Source of the DNA: Candidatus Rokuibacteriota bacterium
GTDB taxonomy: Bacteria > Methylomirabilota > Methylomirabilia > Rokubacteriales > CSP1-6
Direction: 5' to 3'
DNA length: 19,401 nucleotides
NCBI GenBank assembly: GCA_016184305.1
Contig: JACPCX010000120.1
Coordinates: 1 to 19,401, forward strand
This document shows positions 1-8,810 of this stretch, in pieces. The notes under the pieces are model-generated. The model made no database searches. It was given only the letters and a program-made list of their open reading frames with translations, and was not told the origin of the DNA. The position numbers and the translations under genes are program-made. Positions within the stretch are counted from its first letter, which is position 1, and each line of letters begins with the position of its first letter.

Positions 1-1
1 A

Positions 2-3000
2 GGCTACAACGTGCGTGACCTCGAGATGACCTACCAGTATTCGAACTTTGGCGTGCCGGGCCTCGGGCTCCGACGGGGGCTCAGCGAGGACGTTGTCATC
101 GCGCCGTATGCCACGGCCTTGGCGGCGATGGTCGATCCGGCGGCGGCCGTTCGAAACTTCCGGCGTCTTGCGGAGGCGGGCGCGAGCGGGGCCTACGGCT
201 TCTACGAGGCCCTCGACTACACGCCGCCCCGGCTTCCGGAGGGGGCACGGGTTGCGGTGGTCCGAACCTACATGGCGCACCACCAGGGAATGCTGCTCGT
301 CGCGATCGCGAATGCTCTCCACGGAGGGGCGATGCGCGCCCGTTTTCACGGCGAGCCGATGGTCCAGGCGACCGAGCTGCTGCTGCAGGAACGGACCCCC
401 CGGGACGTTGCAGTCGCCAGGCCTCACGCCGAGGAAGTGCAGGCCGCCGCTGATGTCCGGGAGTTCATCCCGCCGGTCGTCCGGCGCTTCACCTCGCCGC
501 ACGGTTCCATGCCGCGCAGCCATCTCCTCTCCAACGGGCGATACGCGGTGATGATCACGGCCGCGGGCTCCGGATACAGTCGCTGGCGTGACCTGGCGAT
601 CACTCGCTGGCGGGAGGACGTCACGCGCGACGCGGAGGGAACCTACGTGTTCCTTCGCGACGCCGACAGTGGCGAGAGCTGGTCGGCCGGCTACCAGCCA
701 CGCGGAGCTGAGCCGGACAGCTACGACGTGGTGTTTTCGGAGGACCGGGCGACGATCGCCCGCCGGGACGGGGCGATCGCGACCACGCTGGAGGTCATCG
801 TGTCCCCGGAGGACGATGCCGAGGTGCGTCGGGTATCGCTCACGAACCTCGGGACGCGGACGCGGGAGATCGAGCTGACGTCCTATGCCGAAGTGGTGCT
901 GGCCCTGCCGGCGACCGATGCGGCGCACCCGGCGTTTTCCAACCTCTTCGTTCACACGTCGTTCGCGCCCGAGCTGGACACGCTGCTGGCGACCCGTCGG
1001 CCGCGGTCACGCGATGAGCGGCAGATCTGGCTGGCCCACGTGGTGGTGGTCGAAGGCGAGACGGTGGGCGGTGTGGAATGGGAGACGGACCGCGCGCGGT
1101 TCCTTGGCCGCGGCCGGGGGATCCGGACACCGCGTGCGGTGATCGGCGGCCAGCCTCTCTCCAGCACCGTCGGCGCGGTGCTCGATCCGATCGTCAGCCT
1201 CCGCCGCCGGGTGCGGCTTCCGCCGGGCACCACCGTCCGCGTCACCTTCTCGACGCTGGTGGCGCCATCGCGCGAAGAGGCCGTCGACCTCGCCGACAAG
1301 TATCGCGATCCAGCGACGTTCGACCGGGCCGCCACGCTGGCGTGGACCCAGGCCCAGGTGCAGCTGCACCATCTCGGCGTGGAGCGGGACGAGGCCCACC
1401 TCTTCCAGAGCCTCGCCAACCACGTGCTCTTCTCGGACCGGGCGCTGCGGCCCTCGGCGGGCGTGCTCACCCGGCACACCGGCAGCCCCGCGGCCCTGTG
1501 GGCCCACGGGATCTCGGGGGACATCCCGATCGTCCTCGTTCGGATCGACGAGCCCGAGGATGTGGGGATCGTGCGGCAGCTGCTCCGCGCGCACGAGTAC
1601 TGGCGCATGAAGCAGCTCCCCGTCGATCTGGTGATCGTGAACGAGCGAGCGCCGTCCTATATTCAGGATCTGCAGGCATTGCTGGAAACGCTGGTCCGGA
1701 CGAGCCAGTCGGCGGCGGCTCACGAGGGGCATGGCCCGCACGGCAGCGTGTTCATCCTGCGTGCGGACCGCATGGCGGCGCCGGAACGGGACGTGCTGCT
1801 GGCGGCGGCGCGCGTGGTGCTCTTGAGCCGGCGCGGGACGCTGGCCGAACAGGTCATCCACGCGCAGCGACCCGACAACGCGCCGGTCTCTCCGCAACGC
1901 CGGTGGACCGCCGCGAAACCGCTGGCGGACGTGCCGCTTCCGAGGCTGGATCTGGAGTTCTCCAACGGTGTCGGCGGGTTTGCGGCGGATGGACGGGAAT
2001 ACGTGACGATGCTCGGCGAAGGGCAGTGGACGCCGGCGCCCTGGATCAATGTGGTCGCGAATCCGGCCTTTGGCTTCCAGGTCTCCGAGTCGGGGTCGGG
2101 CTATACGTGGTCGATCAACAGCCGCGAGAACCAGCTCACCCCGTGGTCCAACGATCCGGTGAGCGACCCCTCGGGCGAGGCGATCTACGTCCGGGACGAA
2201 GAGAGCGGCGAGGTGTGGGGGCCGACGGCCCTCCCGATTCGCTCTGCGACGGGCGCATACATCATCCGGCACGGGCAGGGCTACAGCCGGTTCGAGCGTG
2301 TCTCGCACGGGATCTCGCTCGAGCTCCTCCAGTTCGTGCCGCTCGACGACCCGATCAAGGTGTCGCGGCTCACGCTGACGAACCAGTCGGCGCGGGCGCG
2401 GAAGCTGTCGGTGACCGCATACGTGGAGTGGGTCCTCGGCGTGTCACGGAGCGCCGCCGCGCCGTTCGTCGTGACCGAGATCGATTCGCAGACGGGGGCG
2501 ATGCTCGCGCGCAACACCTGGAGCCGCGACTTCGGGGCTCGCGTGGCGTTTGCCGACCTCGGCGGGGCTCAGACGGCCTGGACGGGGGACCGGGGCGAGT
2601 TTTTCGGACGTAACGGCACGCCCGAGCTTCCGGCGGCCCTCGAGCGAGGAGGTCGCCTGTCGGGACGGGTCGGCGCCGGCCTCGATCCATGCGGCGCCCT
2701 CCAGGCGACGATCGAGCTGCCGGCCGGAGGACGGGCCGAGGTCGTGTTCTTCCTCGGCGAGGCGGCGACCCGGGAGGAAGCCGGGGAATTGATCGGGCGC
2801 TACCGAACGGCCGACCTGGCGGCGGTCCTCCGGGCCGTCGCGGAGCGCTGGGACGACGTGCTGGGCACCGTCCAGGTGACGACGCCGGACCGGTCCATGG
2901 ACCTGCTCCTCAACCGCTGGCTGCTCTACCAGACGCTGGCCTGTCGTGTGTGGGCGCGGTCGGCGTTCTACCAGGCGGGCGGGGCATACGGCTTTCGCGA

Positions 3001-4366
3001 TCAGCTCCAGGACGTGATGGCGCTCGCGGTATCCGAGCCAGCGCTGGCGCGGGCGCATGTGCTCCGGGCCGCCGCGCGTCAGTTCGTCGAGGGCGACGTC
3101 CAGCACTGGTGGCACCCGCCGGCCGGCCGGGGCGTTCGGACGCGCGTCTCCGACGATCTGCTCTGGCTGCCGTACATGGTCAGCCGGTATCTCGAAGTCA
3201 CCGGCGATGGAGACCTCCTCGACGAGATGGTTCCCTTCCTCGAGGGGCCGCTGCTCGCGGCGGGGCAGCCCGAGTCGTACTTCGAGCCACGCGTGTCCGG
3301 ACCGCGCGGCACGCTGTTCGAGCACTGCGCCCGCGCCCTCGACCACAGCCTGCCGGTCGGGAGCCATGGCCTCCCGCTCATGGGCACGGGGGACTGGAAC
3401 GACGGGATGAACCAGGTGGGTGCCGGCGGGAAGGGCGAGAGCGTCTGGCTCGGCTGGTTCCTCCACGCGGTGCTCTCCGAATGGGCGAGGCTGGCCGATG
3501 TCCGCGGGGAGGGCCGGCGCGCCGAGACATGGCGGCGCCACGTTGACGCGCTGAAAGAATCGCTCGAACGCGAGGCCTGGGACGGTGACTGGTATCGGCG
3601 CGCCTACTTCGATGACGGGACGCCGCTGGGCTCCGCGGCCAACGAAGCCTGCCGCATCGATTCGATCGCGCAGTCGTGGAGCGTGCTCTCGGGAGCCGCC
3701 GACGCGGCTCGGGGGCGGCGGGCCATGGCGGCGGTCGAGGCGCACCTCGTGCGTCGAGAGGATGGCCTCGTGTTGGTGCTCGCGCCGCCGTTCGATGCGA
3801 CGCTGCTGGAGCCCGGCTACATCAAGGGCTATCTGCCAGGCGTCCGCGAGAATGGCGGGCAGTACACGCATGCGGCGATCTGGTCGGTCATGGCCTTCGC
3901 GGCGCTCGGTGATGGCGACAAGGCCGGCGAGCTGTTCGCGCTCGTGAACCCCATCAATCACACCCGCACGCGGGCCGGCGTCGACCGCTACAAGGTCGAG
4001 CCCTACGTCGTCGCGGCCGACGTGTACGGCGCGGCTCCGCACGTCGGCCGCGGGGGCTGGACCTGGTACACGGGGTCAGCGGGGTGGATGTATCGGACCG
4101 GGCTCGAATGGATACTCGGGTTCCGGCTGCGAGGCACCCGCCTCGTCGTCGACCCCTGTATCCCGCGTACGTGGGAAGGCTTCACGGTGGCGTTCCGCTA
4201 TCACTCCGCGCGGTACGATATCGTCGTCGAGAACCCCCGCGGCGTGACCCGGGGAGTGTCGTCCGTGGCGGTCGATGGGGTGCGTCTCGACGGCCTTGAC
4301 GGCCTGGGGGGCATCCCGCTCGCTGACGACCGCAAGACCCACCGGGTGCGAATCATCCTCGGCTGA
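2..4366 (+). CDS. ndvB: Cyclic beta-1,2-glucan synthase/phosphorylase (NdvB/ChvB/Cgs family), 5'-partial. The window holds the end of the glucoamylase-like transglycosylase region, two GH94 N-terminal beta-sandwich repeats and the GH94 catalytic domain
   Basis: The frame is open from base 2 (GYNVRDLEMTYQYSNFGVPGLGL), so the gene starts upstream. Motifs: APYAT, YGFYEALDYT, YMAHHQGM, LLSNGRY..MITAAGSGYS, TPAPWINVVAN, SRENQLTPWSNDPV, FYQAGGAYGFRDQLQD, GDWNDGMN, RENGGQYTH, GRGGWTWYTGSAGW. Confidence 0.93.
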   Translation, partial: GYNVRDLEMTYQYSNFGVPGLGLRRGLSEDVVIAPYATALAAMVDPAAAVRNFRRLAEAGASGAYGFYEALDYTPPRLPEGARVAVVRTYMAHHQGMLLVAIANALHGGAMRARFHGEPMVQATELLLQERTPRDVAVARPHAEEVQAAADVREFIPPVVRRFTSPHGSMPRSHLLSNGRYAVMITAAGSGYSRWRDLAITRWREDVTRDAEGTYVFLRDADSGESWSAGYQPRGAEPDSYDVVFSEDRATIARRDGAIATTLEVIVSPEDDAEVRRVSLTNLGTRTREIELTSYAEVVLALPATDAAHPAFSNLFVHTSFAPELDTLLATRRPRSRDERQIWLAHVVVVEGETVGGVEWETDRARFLGRGRGIRTPRAVIGGQPLSSTVGAVLDPIVSLRRRVRLPPGTTVRVTFSTLVAPSREEAVDLADKYRDPATFDRAATLAWTQAQVQLHHLGVERDEAHLFQSLANHVLFSDRALRPSAGVLTRHTGSPAALWAHGISGDIPIVLVRIDEPEDVGIVRQLLRAHEYWRMKQLPVDLVIVNERAPSYIQDLQALLETLVRTSQSAAAHEGHGPHGSVFILRADRMAAPERDVLLAAARVVLLSRRGTLAEQVIHAQRPDNAPVSPQRRWTAAKPLADVPLPRLDLEFSNGVGGFAADGREYVTMLGEGQWTPAPWINVVANPAFGFQVSESGSGYTWSINSRENQLTPWSNDPVSDPSGEAIYVRDEESGEVWGPTALPIRSATGAYIIRHGQGYSRFERVSHGISLELLQFVPLDDPIKVSRLTLTNQSARARKLSVTAYVEWVLGVSRSAAAPFVVTEIDSQTGAMLARNTWSRDFGARVAFADLGGAQTAWTGDRGEFFGRNGTPELPAALERGGRLSGRVGAGLDPCGALQATIELPAGGRAEVVFFLGEAATREEAGELIGRYRTADLAAVLRAVAERWDDVLGTVQVTTPDRSMDLLLNRWLLYQTLACRVWARSAFYQAGGAYGFRDQLQDVMALAVSEPALARAHVLRAAARQFVEGDVQHWWHPPAGRGVRTRVSDDLLWLPYMVSRYLEVTGDGDLLDEMVPFLEGPLLAAGQPESYFEPRVSGPRGTLFEHCARALDHSLPVGSHGLPLMGTGDWNDGMNQVGAGGKGESVWLGWFLHAVLSEWARLADVRGEGRRAETWRRHVDALKESLEREAWDGDWYRRAYFDDGTPLGSAANEACRIDSIAQSWSVLSGAADAARGRRAMAAVEAHLVRREDGLVLVLAPPFDATLLEPGYIKGYLPGVRENGGQYTHAAIWSVMAFAALGDGDKAGELFALVNPINHTRTRAGVDRYKVEPYVVAADVYGAAPHVGRGGWTWYTGSAGWMYRTGLEWILGFRLRGTRLVVDPCIPRTWEGFTVAFRYHSARYDIVVENPRGVTRGVSSVAVDGVRLDGLDGLGGIPLADDRKTHRVRIILG

Positions 4367-4502
4367 GCGGGCTCTCAGGAGCCCCGGCGGAACGAGGTGG
4401 CCTGAAACGACGGATCACACATGATATCCCGATCCACATCGCCGCGATCAACACGCACATGTGTCAGCTGGCCGGGGAAGCGTGCGACGGGATCCGGCCG
4501 CG

Positions 4503-6026
4503 TCAGTCGGCCTTCCTGTACTGTTCCTGCAGCACCCGCTTGAGGGTCTTCCCCGCCACGTTCCGCGGGAAATCGTCGACGATCATCACGTCACTCACGC
4601 GCTGGAACTTCGCCCCCACCCGCGCGTTGACCCATGCCACCAGCTCGCTGGCCGACACCGCAGCCGGTGAGCGAAGCACGACCGCGGCCACCGGGGTCTC
4701 CCCCCACCTCGGGTCCTGCACGCCGAACACCGCGGTCTCCCGCACCGCCGGGTGCTGGACGACGACCTCCTCGATGTCGCGCGGATAGACGTTCACGCCG
4801 CCCGAGATGATCATGTCCTTCTTGCGGTCCACGAGGTAGAGATAGCCGTCCTCGTCCACGTAGCCGAGATCGCCGGAGTGGAGCCAGCCACCGACGACGG
4901 CCTTGGCGGTCAGGTCGGGGCGCTTGTAGTAGCCGGCCATCATCATCGGCCCGCGGCCGCAGATCTCGCCGACCTGGCCGGGTGGCACGTCGCGGCCGCC
5001 GTCGTCGAGGATGCGCATCTCGTAGAACGCCAGCGGGACGCCCACGGAGCCCATCTTGCGGACGGCGTCGGTCTTGTCGAGCACGGTCACGAAGCCCTCG
5101 GTGAGGCCGTAAAGCTCGTAGAAGCGCCCGGGCAACGCGTCGTTCAAGCGCTGCTTGTGCTCGACGTGCAGGGGCGCGCCGACGGTCAGCAGCATCTCGA
5201 GCGACTCGAGGCGCTGTGGCGCGAAGCCGGGGCTGTTGAGCACCCCGACGATCTGCGAGGGCACCATGACAATGTGCGTGACACGGCTCCGCTCGATCTC
5301 CGCGATGACCGCGTCGGCGTCGAAGGCCTTGTGCAGGATGTAGGTGGCGCCCAGCATGAGCCACGGCATGAGGTCGATGAAGGCGCCGTTGAAGACGAGC
5401 GAGCCCGCGTGCAGGACCACGCTCTCCGGCGTCATGCGGCACGTGGAGGCGAGGAGCGTGCAGTACCCCGCGCGTACGTCGTGCGTGTGCACGATGCCCT
5501 TGGGCTCGCCGGTGGTGCCGCTCGAGTAGATGATATTGTACGGGTCGCTGCCGGTGATGCTCGCGTCGGGCGGCTCACTCTCCGGGGCCTCTGCCACCAG
5601 CGTCGCGTACGAGCGGAATCCCGGCTGCTCGCCGTCCACCAGGACGTACCGCTCGTCGCGGATCGCCGGAAGCTCGCCGCGCAGGCCGTCGAGCGTGCCG
5701 GCGAACGCGCGGGTGGTCACGACCATGACCGCGTCGGAGTTCTGGAGCAGCGACACGAGCCCGCGCTCCTGGAGCAGCGGGCTCAGCGGCACGGCGACGA
5801 CGCCGGTCTTGGTCGCGGCCAGGTAGATCTCGAGCTGCTCGAGGCGGTTGGGCAGCACCGTGGCGAGGGTGTCGCCCTTGCGCAGCCCCGCCGCGAGGAG
5901 CGCGTTGGCCAGGCGGTTCACGCGCGCGTCGAGCTGGCGGAAGGTCAGGCGGTCGTCGCCGCACACCAGGGCGAGGTGGTCGGGGCGGCAGCGGGCGTGC
6001 TTCGGGAGCAGAGTTCCGAGGTTCAT
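4503..6026 (-). CDS. Class I adenylate-forming enzyme (acyl-CoA synthetase / AMP-binding protein), substrate unknown
   Basis: 507 aa with P-loop [45 protein letters not shown] and C-terminal [10 protein letters not shown]. Confidence 0.93.
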   Translation of the reverse strand: MNLGTLLPKHARCRPDHLALVCGDDRLTFRQLDARVNRLANALLAAGLRKGDTLATVLPNRLEQLEIYLAATKTGVVAVPLSPLLQERGLVSLLQNSDAVMVVTTRAFAGTLDGLRGELPAIRDERYVLVDGEQPGFRSYATLVAEAPESEPPDASITGSDPYNIIYSSGTTGEPKGIVHTHDVRAGYCTLLASTCRMTPESVVLHAGSLVFNGAFIDLMPWLMLGATYILHKAFDADAVIAEIERSRVTHIVMVPSQIVGVLNSPGFAPQRLESLEMLLTVGAPLHVEHKQRLNDALPGRFYELYGLTEGFVTVLDKTDAVRKMGSVGVPLAFYEMRILDDGGRDVPPGQVGEICGRGPMMMAGYYKRPDLTAKAVVGGWLHSGDLGYVDEDGYLYLVDRKKDMIISGGVNVYPRDIEEVVVQHPAVRETAVFGVQDPRWGETPVAAVVLRSPAAVSASELVAWVNARVGAKFQRVSDVMIVDDFPRNVAGKTLKRVLQEQYRKAD

Positions 6027-6034
6027 GCCCCGGG

Positions 6035-6040
6035 ATTATA
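6035..6040 (-). promoter_or_regulatory. Consensus -10 box (TATAAT) 8 nt upstream of the acyl-CoA synthetase ATG; probable leaderless or near-leaderless promoter
   Basis: Minus strand reads GCTATAATCCCGGGGC-ATG, with no Shine-Dalgarno sequence between the box and the start codon. Confidence 0.6.
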
Positions 6041-6216
6041 GCGGAGGATCATGGGCGCCATACGCCGAATGCAGTGGACTGGGCGCACCCGGCATTCTAT
6101 CCTGCTCCGCGTCGGGAGTCGATTCCGGGGGCGCGTGCGCCTCGGCTGGCGGTGGACCCGTGGCTGGAGGGTGGGACGCGCGGCGCAGGATCAGCGCGCG
6201 AGAGGAGGGGGAACCG

Positions 6217-7476
6217 ATGGATCGGGCCGGCATCGAGCTGAATGGCACGCGGTACCGCTGGCCGTCGCGCCCGGTCGTCGTGGTATGCATCGACGGGGGC
6301 GACCCGGCCTACTTCGAGCGGGGCGTGGCGGACGGCATCGTCCCCAACGTGGAGCGGTTCATGACGACCGGATTCGGCGCCGTCGCCGACGGCGACGTCC
6401 CGAGCTTCACCTGCCCGAACAACATGTCGATCGCCACCGGCAGTCCTCCGGCGGTCCACGGCATCTCCGGCAATTTCTACCTCGACCGGGACACCGGCGA
6501 GGCGGTTGTCATGACCGGCCCGGAGCTCATCCGCTCGCGGACCGTCATGGCCGAGTTCTCGCGCCACGGCGCCACGGTCGTGTCCATCACGGCCAAGGAC
6601 AAGCTGCGCCAGCAGCTCGGCAAGGACATGGATCTCGCCGGGGGAAGCGTCAACTTCTCGGCGGAATTCGCGGGGCGGTGCACGCTGGAGGAGACGGGCA
6701 TCGAGAACGCGCTCGCGCTGGTCGGCCTGCCCCAGCCCCACATGTACTCGCCCGAGCTGTCCCTGTTCGTGCTCGAGGCGGGAATCACGCTCCTGGAGCA
6801 GCGGCGGCCTGACATCCTGTACCTGTCGCTCACGGACTACATCCAGCACAAGTACGCGCCGGGCGAGAGCGAGGCCGATCGCTACTACCGGAACCTCGAT
6901 GCCACGTTCGGACGGCTCGACGCGCTCGGGGCCGTGGTGGCGCTGACGGCCGACCACGGGATGAGCGACAAGTCCCACCCGGACGGCTCGCCGAAGGTCA
7001 TCTGGCTCCAGGACCTCCTCGACGCGCGGTTCGGCAAGGGCTCGAGCACGGTGATCTGCCCCATCACCGACCGCTTCGTCGCCCACCACGGCGCGCTCGG
7101 TGGGTTCGTGCGCGTCTACTGTCACGGCAGCCTGGCGCCGGAGGATGTGATGCGCATCGTCCGGGCCCTGCCCGGAGTGGAAGCCGTATACGACAAGCCG
7201 ACCGCCGCCCGGGTCTTCGAGCTTCCCCTGGACCGAGAGGGCGACGTGGTGGTCGTGGGCCGGACCGACACGTGCATCGGCGCGGCCGAGGCCGACCACG
7301 ACCTGTCCGGCCTCAAGGGCCATCGTCTGCGTACCCACGGCGGCATCTCCGAGCGCAAGGTCCCGTTCATCATCAACCGCCCGCTCCGTCCGGAGTACGC
7401 CGCAACCGCCGCGGCTGGCACCTTGAGGAGCTATCAGATCTTCGACTTCGCGATCAACGGCGTCGATCCGGCCTGA
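6217..7476 (+). CDS. phnA: Phosphonoacetate hydrolase (alkaline phosphatase superfamily), 419 aa
   Basis: SD-like GAGGAGGGG before ATG 6217. Motifs: VVVVCIDGGDP, PSFTCPNNMSIATG..P.VHGISGN, TAKDKLR, YLSLTDYIQHKYAPG, TADHGM, ICPITD..V.HHGALG, LRTHGG. The ORF-track start at 5848 overlaps the opposite-strand gene and is rejected. Confidence 0.9.
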   Translation: MDRAGIELNGTRYRWPSRPVVVVCIDGGDPAYFERGVADGIVPNVERFMTTGFGAVADGDVPSFTCPNNMSIATGSPPAVHGISGNFYLDRDTGEAVVMTGPELIRSRTVMAEFSRHGATVVSITAKDKLRQQLGKDMDLAGGSVNFSAEFAGRCTLEETGIENALALVGLPQPHMYSPELSLFVLEAGITLLEQRRPDILYLSLTDYIQHKYAPGESEADRYYRNLDATFGRLDALGAVVALTADHGMSDKSHPDGSPKVIWLQDLLDARFGKGSSTVICPITDRFVAHHGALGGFVRVYCHGSLAPEDVMRIVRALPGVEAVYDKPTAARVFELPLDREGDVVVVGRTDTCIGAAEADHDLSGLKGHRLRTHGGISERKVPFIINRPLRPEYAATAAAGTLRSYQIFDFAINGVDPA

Positions 7477-7566
7477 TCCGGCACAGGAGCAAGCCATGGG
7501 ACGCGTCGGGCGGGCAGCGATCGGCCTGGCCGACAGCGTGGGGATCCAGGGACTCGGCCTGCCGGG

Positions 7567-7788
7567 TCACTCCGAGCGGGGCGCCATCCGCTCTTGAATC
7601 TCGGCGGCGAAGAGATCGAGCGTGAGGGGACAGGGAGGCTCGTTCGCGTCGATGTACTGGCAATCCGATTCGCTGCACTGGACGAAGAGCTTGCCACTGG
7701 CGCCCAGCGACCTCCGCCGCCGCAGGGCAATGGATACCGTCTCGGAGATGACGGTGCAGCGGAATGACTTGGAAGGTGTACGGCTCAC
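7567..7788 (-). CDS. Small Cys-containing hypothetical protein (73 aa), possible metal binder
   Basis: Strong SD GGAGGGAG just before GTG 7788. Product is MSRTPSKSFRCTVISETV...FVQCSESDCQYIDANEPPCPLTLDLF with four Cys. A TATACT -10-like hexamer lies upstream on the minus strand at 7883-7888. Confidence 0.6.
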   Translation of the reverse strand: MSRTPSKSFRCTVISETVSIALRRRRSLGASGKLFVQCSESDCQYIDANEPPCPLTLDLFAAEIQERMAPRSE

Positions 7789-7945
7789 CGATCTCCCTCC
7801 CGGATCGAGGGGCTGCACGCGGAGACGAGAGAGGGTAACGGGACCGCCACGGCCCGCCAGTCTCTTCCACGAAGAGGCTTTCAGTATACAGGACCCGCCC
7901 GTCCCTCATGTCACTCACTCGCGCCTACCCCGGACGAGGATGTCG

Positions 7946-8008
7946 ATGCTCGCTGCCGTCGCGACGGTCAAGGTCCAGCCCGGGACGGAGATGGGGAAGC
8001 GTTTCTGA
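7946..8008 (+). pseudogene. Possible remnant of an ABM/putative quinol monooxygenase-like gene (N-terminal strand only)
   Basis: GAGGA SD 5 nt before ATG. The peptide MLAAVATVKVQPGTE resembles the typical ABM N-terminus (hydrophobic strand, then K-V-x-P-G) but stops after 20 codons. Confidence 0.3.
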
Positions 8009-8038
8009 GCCGTGCACCACTCACCAGGAGGATGCCCG

Positions 8039-8338
8039 ATGATCGCCGACCGCTATTCCAAGGCCGTGCTGACCGTCATCGCCGTGGCCCTCGCCGTGAT
8101 CACCGTTCGCCCATGGCTTCCCGAGTCCGGATGGCTCGAGGCGATGCGCCCGGGCCCGGCGCAGGCCCAGACCTCCGCCGCCAAGTACGAGGTCACCGTG
8201 CCCAGGGCCTGGGGCAAGTACGTCTCCTACAGCAACAATAATCTCCTGCTGGAGGCGCCGGACGGGATGCGCATCGTCGACGTCGAGGGGAAACCCCCCG
8301 AGTACCCGAAGGTGAAGGTGTTCATCCGCTGGCAGTAG
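8039..8338 (+). CDS. Hypothetical secreted or membrane-anchored protein (99 aa)
   Basis: SD AGGAGG before ATG 8039. N-terminal DRYSKAVLTVIAVALAVITVRP hydrophobic helix, an AQA-Q signal-peptidase-like site, then a short beta-rich domain. Confidence 0.75.
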   Translation: MIADRYSKAVLTVIAVALAVITVRPWLPESGWLEAMRPGPAQAQTSAAKYEVTVPRAWGKYVSYSNNNLLLEAPDGMRIVDVEGKPPEYPKVKVFIRWQ

Positions 8339-8380
8339 CGCCGTGCCGGCTCGGCACCCACGACGGACGAGGAGGCGCCA

Positions 8381-8695
8381 ATGCTCTACATGGTCGGCAG
8401 TTTCGACTTCAACCATGAGCGCTTCACCCTGGACGAGGCGGAGCGACACTACCGCGAGTACCACGTGCCGCTGGCCCGGCGCCTGCCCGGTCTCCGCCGC
8501 TATGTGATCGGCCCCCTCGTCGCGACGCGGACCGTCCCCGCCGAGCGCCATCGCGCCGCCATCCTCGGCTTCGACAGCCTGGAGGCCCTCCGGGCGGCCT
8601 ACGGGTCGCCGGTGGGCCAGGAGCTCCGGGTGGACGAGGGCAACCTGCTCGCCCAGCCGCGAGCCATCCTTCTGGCGGGGGAGGAGATCCTGTGA
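8381..8695 (+). CDS. EthD-family protein (dimeric alpha/beta barrel)
   Basis: SD GAGGAGG. The pattern HYREYHVPLARRLPGLRRY...FDSLEALRAAYGSPVGQEL..D is typical of EthD-family proteins. Confidence 0.85.
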   Translation: MLYMVGSFDFNHERFTLDEAERHYREYHVPLARRLPGLRRYVIGPLVATRTVPAERHRAAILGFDSLEALRAAYGSPVGQELRVDEGNLLAQPRAILLAGEEIL

Positions 8696-8746
8696 CGCAC
8701 TAGTGCGTTCGCCTCATTGTGAGCCCTCCACTCGGTCCTCTATCGT
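8695..8746 (+). promoter_or_regulatory. Putative sigma70-type promoter of the ior/kor operon with an upstream perfect 14-bp palindrome
   Basis: ACGCACTAGTGCGT (8695-8708) is its own reverse complement. TTGTGA (8717-8722), 18 bp, TATCGT (8741-8746). Confidence 0.4.
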
Positions 8747-8810
8747 GGGGAGCTAGTTGTCATATACGCCTGCTCGCCGTCAGGCCAGGCAGTCAGGACG
8801 AGGGGAGCGC

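Noticed and set aside
4286..4305. LDG-LDG-LGG micro-duplication near the ndvB C-terminus
   Set aside because: It is a trivial in-frame repeat near the protein end.
48..4342. Many long alternative-frame and antisense ORFs inside ndvB, and similarly inside the other genes
   Set aside because: These are Arg/Gly/Pro-rich shadow ORFs expected in high-GC coding DNA, with no recognisable motifs.
4369..4384. GGGCTC-TCAG-GAGCCC hairpin after the ndvB stop
   Set aside because: It has only a 6-bp stem and no U-tract, which is insufficient to call an intrinsic terminator.
6100..6200. Possible riboswitch in the phnA leader
   Set aside because: There is only generic GC-rich pairing and no recognisable aptamer consensus.
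5848..6216. N-terminal extension of the phnA ORF in the ORF track
   Set aside because: It overlaps the opposite-strand acyl-CoA synthetase. Homology and the SD point to ATG 6217.
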